Of a stretch of DNA of 64,000 nucleotides, positions 56,298 to 64,000 are shown one piece after another. Within the stretch, counting starts at the first letter, position 1. Each line of letters starts with the position of its first letter. The stretch covers positions 5,347-69,346 of the IMG/VR virus record IMGVR_UViG_3300010430_000027; one strand, 5' to 3'. This DNA comes from a virus. The translations under genes were made by a program, and so were the position numbers. Under the pieces are notes generated by a model. The model ran no database searches and had not been told where the DNA came from. It worked only from the letters and a program-made list of their open reading frames with translations.

Positions 56298-59200
56298 ATG
56301 TCAGGTGTAAGTATAGATTTTGAAGCTAATGCGACATCTGCCAGAAAAGAACTTGCCTTAATCAATAGGCAACTGGCGGAGTTGATACGCAACTCTGTCA
56401 AAACCAATCAATCTCTTGGGGCTATTAGTGGCAATAAGCTGAGAGCAGTAAATAAGGCAGTAGGTGATACCACCAAGCAAGTAGGTAAATACAAGACTGC
56501 CTCTCTTGATACAAATAAGAAAATAGTGGCATCAAACAAAAAAGTTGCCAGTAGCTTTTTCAGTATAAAGAATGCTGTAATTGGCCTTGCTGCTGCTTTC
56601 GCAACCGTTACTGGCGTGAATGCTATAAACCGTTCTGCAGACGCGCTCGTCAATCTGGACAATAGATTACGTCTGGTAATAGACAGCACAGACGAACTGA
56701 TTATAAGGCAGAATTCTTTATACCGTGTTGCCAGAAGAGCTCGTGCCGAATTCAGAACCACTGTGGAATTGTATTCAGATTTTGCGTTCGCTTTAAAGAA
56801 CACAAGTAAAAGCGCTGACCAGATAGAACGTTTGACAGAGACCTTGCAGAAGATGGCCGTACTGTCTGGAGGTACCGCACAGACAATAAGAGCCGCTTTT
56901 GTGCAGCTCAAACAGGGTATCGCCTCAGGTACACTCAGAGGTGAAGAATTGAATTCTGTTCTTGAGCAGCTACCTTTCCTGGGTAACGCCTTGAAGGAAT
57001 CTCTGAAGCTGGACGCGGGAGCATTACGCAAGTTCGCTGAAGAAGGCAAGCTCACGACCAATCTTGTGGTGAAGGTTCTGGAAGACTACCGAAAGCGCAC
57101 TGATGATAAATTTAATAAGACATCCATAACGGCACAACAAGCTGTCGGACAGCTGACCACATCCATATCCAGATTCTTTGGTACACTCAGTTTGGACTTT
57201 GGATTTGCTGAAGGATTCGCCACACGCATAATTGCTATGACAGATGCAGTGGATGGGTTTGCTAAGAATCTTCTATTGTCTAGCGTGATAGTGAAGCTTG
57301 CTGCAAGGAATTTCGCAACAGACTTTCTCGAAGGTAATTTCTTCAATTTGGTAAAAGAAGCCGTGCTTAATGGAGATGTACTGTTGAGCAGATCTTTTAA
57401 GCTATATTCATTTTATCAGGATATGCATGAGAAGATTACCGGTCTATTGGCTATCTTTATTACTCAAAAGAAGAAGTTAGAAGAGGCTATAACAGGTCCC
57501 ACCCTTAGAGTCAGAGCTGAGACAGCCAGAGAAGAGTTCACCTTGGATGAAGGGAAGATACCATCATTTGGACAGTTGCTGGAAAAGAATCCTTTTTCCG
57601 AAGTGAAAGACAGTTCCAAGGGCCTGCTTCTTGAATTTGCGATACTGCTAAAGAATATCGGCGTTTTGATATTTAGCACGTTGTCGGGTATTGCAGGATT
57701 GTTTCCCAAACTATTGGGACCACCGATAACCGTAGTTACTAACTTGTTTGTTGAGTTAAATATATTAGTCACTCGATTCTCTGCCAATGTATTTAAAGCT
57801 TCATTTCCGATAAGAGCCTTTGTGGAGTCCATGAATGACACGTTATCGGTATTCAGGAGAGGTAGAAACGTAGGTAGGGCTTTCACAGAGGTCTTTAGAT
57901 CTACCAGTATATCTGATCTAAATGACAATCTTGAAGATCTGAACAGAGAGTTCATAAGAGGTCCAACCAGAAATTGGCCCGTTGTATGGGAACGTGTTAC
58001 GAATTCCATACGTACAGCTCTGACGCCTTTACAAGACATGCTAATATCTCTGGGCCTGATCGATAGCAAGCTTCTGAGAATACGCAACAGACGTTTGGAA
58101 CGAGCCAAAGAAGTTATAATCTCAACGGCGGAATCCATAACCAGGGCATTCACTGAAATTCTGGAGCCTGTATTGCAAGTACTATTGGCCAGGCTTGTAG
58201 GCTTTGTAACTGTTTGGGCTGAATCATACAGACGTGCAATAACGGATACATTCAGTGATGCCGGTGGAAGATCTTTGGCTTCAGCCCTTGTCAGACAAGT
58301 TAAGGCAATCGTCAAAGTAGTCAGAGACTTAGCATCTGAAGCATTTGAAGGTGTGTTTGATGTACAGCTTTTTGATGCTAACAACTTTAAAGAGATAGCT
58401 TCAACCATATTAACTGTATTTAGAGAAGTATTCTTTAGACTTTTCAGTTTCATATCTGGTTTCTTTTCGGAGTTGTCTACTCTGGTGTGGGAATCTGTGA
58501 GAGATTCTTTTGGTAACGGTATAGATGCCTTCCTGGCGTTTGCTGGAGATGCATTAAAAACTATCTCATCAACAATTTCATCGCCGCTGCAAACTGTTGC
58601 AAATGCTTTGTCTGATATAGACTTCGATTTCAGCTTTAACATAGATATTCCGGAATTCAATATAGGGGACACGTTAACGGATACGTTCGAACGTGTATAT
58701 GAAATAACAAGAGATAGATTGAGTGACACTTTGGATATCATTTCAGAGTTTGCCTCAAGTGCTGTGGGCTATTTTGCAGATATATTTGATAAGATCGTGG
58801 GGAGGTCTTTTTGGCCAGATACAATAGACGGTATAAACGAATATACCAGAAATATATTTGAAAGTGAGAGTATATTGGAAGGTTTTTCAAGTAGAATCTC
58901 AGGAATATTTCAGGGTATCCAAAAGCGATTGTCCTCTGTGGGTCTTGATTTTTCTGACACGTTTTTGGACGCCTTTAAGTCTTTGGAAAATATAGATTTT
59001 GCAGCAGTTGTGGACAGTATTCTGTCGTCAATCATAGGAGAAGTTGCATCTGCTGTGCTGTTCATATTTGGTGGGTTCAAGTTAAAGCTCATTGCATTGG
59101 TATCAACTTTAGGTTCAATAAGTAATGTCGTTGATGGCGTATTTGAATCTTCTGGAGAAGTGATTGGAAGCGTCTTGGCAAGAATTGGAACGGACTTTGG

Positions 59201-62200
59201 TAAGACTCTAGTAGATGGCATGATTGCTGTAGTAAATGGCGCTGTGAGGGCAATACCTTCATTTATTAAGAGTCTTTTTGAAGGCATCTTCGGTCCATTG
59301 GGTGGCTTTTTGGTATCTCTCGCTAATGATTTGGCTGTTACTTTGGCCGCTGTTCTTACGTTATTTGCAGTATTTACAAAGAAAGGCATGGCCACCGCCA
59401 GGGCAGTTATACATACTGCAACTCTCGGTCTGTTTGAAGGCGTAGCCATCAAGAGTGCTGCTACGAAAGCGGGGCTTACGGCAGGTGGTCTATTTATGTT
59501 GGGTTTGTTCGATTCTGTCGGATTCTTCTCATCTGCCGTTATAGCTGCACCTTTTCTATTAGAGGCCATCTTCGGTAAAGGAGGGGTGGCTCGGTTAGTT
59601 GATAGCGCAAAGATAAGCTTAATTACAGTCTTTAATAGTCTTATTGGTTTTATGTCATTACAGGCACGAAAGTTTTCATTTTTTAGACAACTGTTCGGCC
59701 AAATAGATGATATCTCAAAAGTAGCAAGCCCTATTAAAGCCGCATTAAGCAGCTTACTATTTGATATAGGCACCATTTTCAAAAACATAGGCGCAAATAA
59801 AGGTCTTTTTGCTGCAGGTAAAATAGGTATTGCGGATTTCTTTTTCAAGTCTTTCTTAATAGACACAGATAAAGCCGGTAACATTAAACGCTTTATGCAG
59901 ATATATGTAACTGATGTATTTGGTCAGCTGAAGAGGTTGATCTCTTCTGCACTTTCCAGCATTTTGGGTACTGATGCATTCTTGTCTCTCAGAAACTTAT
60001 TTGATGGTATTTTTCAAAGCGTCTCTGATGCCATTTCTCTTGTTATACCTAAGATACGTCGTTCCTTTAGAAATCTAACTAGGTTATTTGTAAACATCAC
60101 AGCTGCCCTTACTAACTTTGCTGCCAAGGTTCTATCTATTTCCCTTGATCTTTTTCTTTCTTTCACTCATTTGGGTAGGGCATTCTTATTTATAGGCTTT
60201 GCATTATTCTCTGGAACGGCAAGTGCAAGTAGCGGCTTAGCAGATTTCGGTGCAGAAGTCGGAACCTTGGCTTTGACTGTGGCAGGTTTGGCTGCTACGT
60301 TGTATGCAGCTGTCAAGGCATTCAAAGCGTTTCAGATAGGTGCTGCTACAGCCGCCACTCCTGTGCCTGTGGCGCAAGCTTTCGCAGATGCTCTCACCGC
60401 TAGGCAGACGTTCGTAAGGCGCGCTGTGGCTTCAGGGGTGGGCGTCAATCAAGCAAACGTTGCAGGCGAGGCTCTTTTCAAGAAGAAGACAGCCGAAGCA
60501 GAGGCAACTCTGAGACGTGTAAGAAGGGCAGCCGGTTTCGAAGCGGTGTTCGGTAACATAAGTAGACTAGCGAGCGTGGCTATTTTGAAGGTCAAGGAAC
60601 TAGGGACAGCGCTATTAGGTGTGTTTACTGTAGCCAGAGTGGGGGCTGTTGCCACTGCAGGTCTAACTGCCCTATCAACTATATTCCCCACACTTATTGC
60701 AGGGGCCGTCACCTTGGCTTTTCAAATGAAAGCAGTAAGTGCAGCATTTCGATCTACTGAGGCCGTATCAGCTGCAGTGAAATTCAGAGGATTGCGTTTT
60801 GCATTGGCTGGATTGATAGACGGTTTCGGTGCCTTTGCCAAAGGTCTCTTAGTTGCGCCCATAGAAGCTACTAAAGCAGCTATAAAAGGTTTAATAACCT
60901 TGGTTAGCGTTTTGAGAAACAACCTTCTGCTCTTGAAAGCAGTAGATATTACAATCGGCGGACTGAGCGCTGTTGGTGGTCTAGGCAAGTTGGCTGTCGG
61001 TGGAGTGTTGGGAAGTATCAAATCAGTATACAAAAAGGCCTTCAGTACTATTTCCACTGACCCTGATTTTGTGGGTCCTGCTATTGGCTTGGGTAGGGTA
61101 CTTGTTAGAAGTATTGCCAAAGGTCTTGCAAAAACACTTCCAGGTGCTGTTATAACTGCGGGTGTAGGTTTATTAAGTGTTATGTTCTTTGGTGAAGGCG
61201 AGGGCTTCATAAATCAATTCAATTCAGTCATCGATAAGCTACGATCTTTTATCGGTTTGGGACCTATAACTTTTCAAGGAAGACTGGACTCAATAAATGA
61301 GAACCTTAAAAGACAGACAATAGGCGATACTACTTTAGATTTCTCTTTCTTACTGGAAAGAATAGATCTTGGGGAGCTGTCTCCTAAAGAATTTGAAAGG
61401 ATTGAAGAGTTCTCAAAGCAACAAGCAGACAGTCTCAAAAAGATTCAAAAGGATATTTTCGAGCAAGGTTTCACTACAGATTCTCAGAAAGACGAATTAG
61501 AGAAGATTGAAGAACATACAAGAAAGGTCCTGGCTAGACAAACACAAAGACCTGGATCAGAACTTCCCACATTTGCGGACATAGCCAATCGTGAACTGTT
61601 TCCCGATGATTTAAGGCTGGCATTGTCCCGCGGACTACAGCCGCTGTCAAATATACCCGAAGTCGGACCCGTAAACGCCAGAGATCGTGACTTTGGATTC
61701 ACGGCTGATACGGTAGATTTTGTGGGAGACGTGTTCTCAGACAATCCGGAAGCAGGCTTTTTCGATGTGTCCATAAATGCTTTGAATGATTCGTTCGGAG
61801 ATCTTAATGATGCAATCTCAGAAGGTTATGAAGGTCTTGATAATATCACTACGCAAGGTCTTCAGATACTTGCAGATACATATGTAAAAGCTGCCAAGGG
61901 TCTTGGTTTTGTTTTTAGCGAGTTATTTGTTCCTGATAAACCACCGGAGTTGACTTTCGACGAACAATTTTTGAAAAACGTGACAGACAACTCGGCAAAA
62001 TTTATAGGAGAGAACATAGAATTAGTAAGTGCAGAGAGCAAACAGAGCATTATCGATACAGGTAATGCATTGAAAGAGTTGAATGACCAACAAAACGAGC
62101 TTATTAAAGGCCGATTAGAGATCGAACAATTACTTAGATCTGAAGCCACTTCGCATAAAGTCCTGGGACAGCAAAAAGACATTCAGTATTCCAGAGAGCT

Positions 62201-64000
62201 TCAGATATTGGAAGCTAAAAGAGAGCAATTGGAAGTTGATTTACAGCAAGCAGGATCGAGAGCCAGTAGAGAAATTGTTCTTGCAAAGGTTAATCAAGAT
62301 GTGGTGACAGAACTCACAGAGTTTCAAAAGAGTGTTAAGGGTGTTCTTAAAGAAGATATTGGGGTTGCAGCTAGTAAGTTCTATGGAAGTTTAATAGATG
62401 TAGAGCTCCTTGAAAAGCTCGTGAAAGAAGGTGGATTGATAGCAGCAAGATTGCCACAATCTTTTGAGGAAGCTCTCAAGAAAAACATTGATCTGAAGGC
62501 TATCGAGGACACTGGTAAGTCTCTAATCAAGTTGGCCGAGACTTTCTCATTTCTCGAAAGTGCCATAACGGCAGTAGGGAAGACTTCTGGGTTGGATGAT
62601 GTTGATAACAAGCTCAGAAGGATATTGGGTGACGCTAATACACCGTTGAGTAGAAAGAGCTTCTTATTAGAGACCGGTAAGAAGATAGAAAGGTTGGAGG
62701 AAGAGCTTAAGAGACTTACAACGGCCGGTCTGGGAACGGGCATTGAAGCCGTAAATCTCAGAGGTAGAATAGATGTACAAAGAAAACTCCTAGTAAGTTT
62801 GATCAATACAGTAGATTCCACGGTATTTGAGATAAATGCCAAGTTGAAAAAGATAGGTGAAGATCCGATTTCGCTTGAGTTTGTGGCAACGACCTCCGAT
62901 ACCAGTCGTAGTAATATCGATCAGGCTATCGACAATTTAAATAGTGCAGTTACAGCCAGGTCTGCGCTACAAGACAAACCCAACGTCTCATCCGAAGCTC
63001 AAAATAAGGCAATTCAGGATGTGATTGATAAGACTAAAATTCTGTCTCAAGTGTTGGCCACAGTTAAAGGGGTCAACATAGATGCTCTTGCCGGTTCCAC
63101 TGAATCTTTAAACAGACGCTTGGATACTGCAGCAGAAAACTTGGGTGAAGAGATTCCTGATAATCTTCGTGATAGTGTTGCTCTTTCAGAAGAATGGCTA
63201 CGATTGACATTGGAGATTGCTAAGCTAGGAGCTGATATAGAGTCTGGTCAAATTGTGGGAGACGATGACGTTGCCAGAGCCCATGACATCAGTCAAAATC
63301 TGAGAGAGAGTAAAGAGATACTTTCAGAAAAGCTTACAATAGAAGATTTCGCTTCAGTCCTTTCTGACAGCGGTATTGAAATTGATGTAAGTTCGTTATT
63401 GAGCTTCGAAGGAGATGTATTTAAAGGTCTCAAAGTAAAGTTTCAAGAGATAACAAGATTGCGAGACGCCTTTCAAAAATCTTCAGACAAGTTTAAAGGC
63501 GAAAGCTTTGCATCTAGCGATCTACGTATTTCTGACGAACTTAGGAAGAGTACTCAGGAACAATTGAAATCTATAGTTGACAGAGAGAAAGAGCTTCTAA
63601 TACAAGTTAGACAAACGATAAAAAGTGCTGTATTCGATACTGGTGAGAAAGCAATTGAAGGTATAACTTCTGCCGGTGTTTCCAATGACGCCGTGCTTCG
63701 TTTGGACGATACTGAATTTAATAAGATTCTGGATTTGCAAACAAAGCTTATTTTGAACCAGCTCAAGCTCAGTGATTTGAGAGTTAAAGGTAATAAAGAT
63801 ACTGTGAAGGCGCGTGAGATTTTAGCAGACACAGTAGATTTACAAGACCAGCTTAATGATGCTGCCACAAGAGGTAATCTTGACTTCGCTAAAGGTTTGC
63901 AGTTCGTAAATGAACAACTGGGATCGTCTCTCACAGAGAGGCAATTTGCGGATCTTCCGAAGATGCTCAGAGAAGGGCTCGTGGCAGCTGCTGCAGATTA
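56298..64000 (+). CDS. Tape measure protein (very long, 3' end outside window)
   Basis: GAGG RBS and ATG 56298 (MSGVSIDFEANATSARKEL); tape-measure motif QLKQGIASGTLRGEELNSVLEQLP. The same frame is open at the window end and the track lists no closed + ORFs here. Confidence 0.88.
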   Translation, partial: MSGVSIDFEANATSARKELALINRQLAELIRNSVKTNQSLGAISGNKLRAVNKAVGDTTKQVGKYKTASLDTNKKIVASNKKVASSFFSIKNAVIGLAAAFATVTGVNAINRSADALVNLDNRLRLVIDSTDELIIRQNSLYRVARRARAEFRTTVELYSDFAFALKNTSKSADQIERLTETLQKMAVLSGGTAQTIRAAFVQLKQGIASGTLRGEELNSVLEQLPFLGNALKESLKLDAGALRKFAEEGKLTTNLVVKVLEDYRKRTDDKFNKTSITAQQAVGQLTTSISRFFGTLSLDFGFAEGFATRIIAMTDAVDGFAKNLLLSSVIVKLAARNFATDFLEGNFFNLVKEAVLNGDVLLSRSFKLYSFYQDMHEKITGLLAIFITQKKKLEEAITGPTLRVRAETAREEFTLDEGKIPSFGQLLEKNPFSEVKDSSKGLLLEFAILLKNIGVLIFSTLSGIAGLFPKLLGPPITVVTNLFVELNILVTRFSANVFKASFPIRAFVESMNDTLSVFRRGRNVGRAFTEVFRSTSISDLNDNLEDLNREFIRGPTRNWPVVWERVTNSIRTALTPLQDMLISLGLIDSKLLRIRNRRLERAKEVIISTAESITRAFTEILEPVLQVLLARLVGFVTVWAESYRRAITDTFSDAGGRSLASALVRQVKAIVKVVRDLASEAFEGVFDVQLFDANNFKEIASTILTVFREVFFRLFSFISGFFSELSTLVWESVRDSFGNGIDAFLAFAGDALKTISSTISSPLQTVANALSDIDFDFSFNIDIPEFNIGDTLTDTFERVYEITRDRLSDTLDIISEFASSAVGYFADIFDKIVGRSFWPDTIDGINEYTRNIFESESILEGFSSRISGIFQGIQKRLSSVGLDFSDTFLDAFKSLENIDFAAVVDSILSSIIGEVASAVLFIFGGFKLKLIALVSTLGSISNVVDGVFESSGEVIGSVLARIGTDFGKTLVDGMIAVVNGAVRAIPSFIKSLFEGIFGPLGGFLVSLANDLAVTLAAVLTLFAVFTKKGMATARAVIHTATLGLFEGVAIKSAATKAGLTAGGLFMLGLFDSVGFFSSAVIAAPFLLEAIFGKGGVARLVDSAKISLITVFNSLIGFMSLQARKFSFFRQLFGQIDDISKVASPIKAALSSLLFDIGTIFKNIGANKGLFAAGKIGIADFFFKSFLIDTDKAGNIKRFMQIYVTDVFGQLKRLISSALSSILGTDAFLSLRNLFDGIFQSVSDAISLVIPKIRRSFRNLTRLFVNITAALTNFAAKVLSISLDLFLSFTHLGRAFLFIGFALFSGTASASSGLADFGAEVGTLALTVAGLAATLYAAVKAFKAFQIGAATAATPVPVAQAFADALTARQTFVRRAVASGVGVNQANVAGEALFKKKTAEAEATLRRVRRAAGFEAVFGNISRLASVAILKVKELGTALLGVFTVARVGAVATAGLTALSTIFPTLIAGAVTLAFQMKAVSAAFRSTEAVSAAVKFRGLRFALAGLIDGFGAFAKGLLVAPIEATKAAIKGLITLVSVLRNNLLLLKAVDITIGGLSAVGGLGKLAVGGVLGSIKSVYKKAFSTISTDPDFVGPAIGLGRVLVRSIAKGLAKTLPGAVITAGVGLLSVMFFGEGEGFINQFNSVIDKLRSFIGLGPITFQGRLDSINENLKRQTIGDTTLDFSFLLERIDLGELSPKEFERIEEFSKQQADSLKKIQKDIFEQGFTTDSQKDELEKIEEHTRKVLARQTQRPGSELPTFADIANRELFPDDLRLALSRGLQPLSNIPEVGPVNARDRDFGFTADTVDFVGDVFSDNPEAGFFDVSINALNDSFGDLNDAISEGYEGLDNITTQGLQILADTYVKAAKGLGFVFSELFVPDKPPELTFDEQFLKNVTDNSAKFIGENIELVSAESKQSIIDTGNALKELNDQQNELIKGRLEIEQLLRSEATSHKVLGQQKDIQYSRELQILEAKREQLEVDLQQAGSRASREIVLAKVNQDVVTELTEFQKSVKGVLKEDIGVAASKFYGSLIDVELLEKLVKEGGLIAARLPQSFEEALKKNIDLKAIEDTGKSLIKLAETFSFLESAITAVGKTSGLDDVDNKLRRILGDANTPLSRKSFLLETGKKIERLEEELKRLTTAGLGTGIEAVNLRGRIDVQRKLLVSLINTVDSTVFEINAKLKKIGEDPISLEFVATTSDTSRSNIDQAIDNLNSAVTARSALQDKPNVSSEAQNKAIQDVIDKTKILSQVLATVKGVNIDALAGSTESLNRRLDTAAENLGEEIPDNLRDSVALSEEWLRLTLEIAKLGADIESGQIVGDDDVARAHDISQNLRESKEILSEKLTIEDFASVLSDSGIEIDVSSLLSFEGDVFKGLKVKFQEITRLRDAFQKSSDKFKGESFASSDLRISDELRKSTQEQLKSIVDREKELLIQVRQTIKSAVFDTGEKAIEGITSAGVSNDAVLRLDDTEFNKILDLQTKLILNQLKLSDLRVKGNKDTVKAREILADTVDLQDQLNDAATRGNLDFAKGLQFVNEQLGSSLTERQFADLPKMLREGLVAAAAD

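Noticed and set aside
56408-63934. Long minus-strand ORFs (e.g. 57464-58741, 58910-59884)
   Set aside because: These are antisense shadows of the tape measure frame with no recognisable motifs. The same applies to minus-strand ORFs throughout the window.

Overview
64 kb of a tailed dsDNA phage, most likely a long-tailed siphovirus. All credible genes are on the + strand, and no integrase or repressor is visible. Gene order: (1) replication and nucleotide metabolism: DUF3310, family A DNA polymerase, 5'-3' exonuclease, GIY-YIG nuclease, T7-type primase-helicase, class II RNR; (2) an inserted cassette at ~9.7-11.3 kb; (3) tRNA-Tyr, ATP-dependent ligase, a nucleotidyltransferase-fold gene, structured non-coding RNAs and many small early-type genes; (4) terminase, then ~19 kb of fibre/receptor-binding/lysis genes, then portal; (5) a 1540-aa MuF + T7-type RNA polymerase fusion, scaffold, capsid, head-tail, tail tube, a frameshifted chaperone pair, and a >2560-codon tape measure running off the window end. 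The top candidate for an unusual system is the 9.7-11.3 kb cassette. A lone Cas7/RAMP-like gene and a coupled partner gene are flanked on both sides by non-coding arrays of GGY-NN pentamers, punctuated into ~50-60 nt units. This suggests an RNA-guided system whose information lies in the variable dinucleotides. Second is the probably virion-packaged MuF-RNAP together with a 19-bp motif (GACCCCGTTAAATTAACCC) found three times at transcription-unit starts. All family assignments are from motif recognition by eye; no searches were run.
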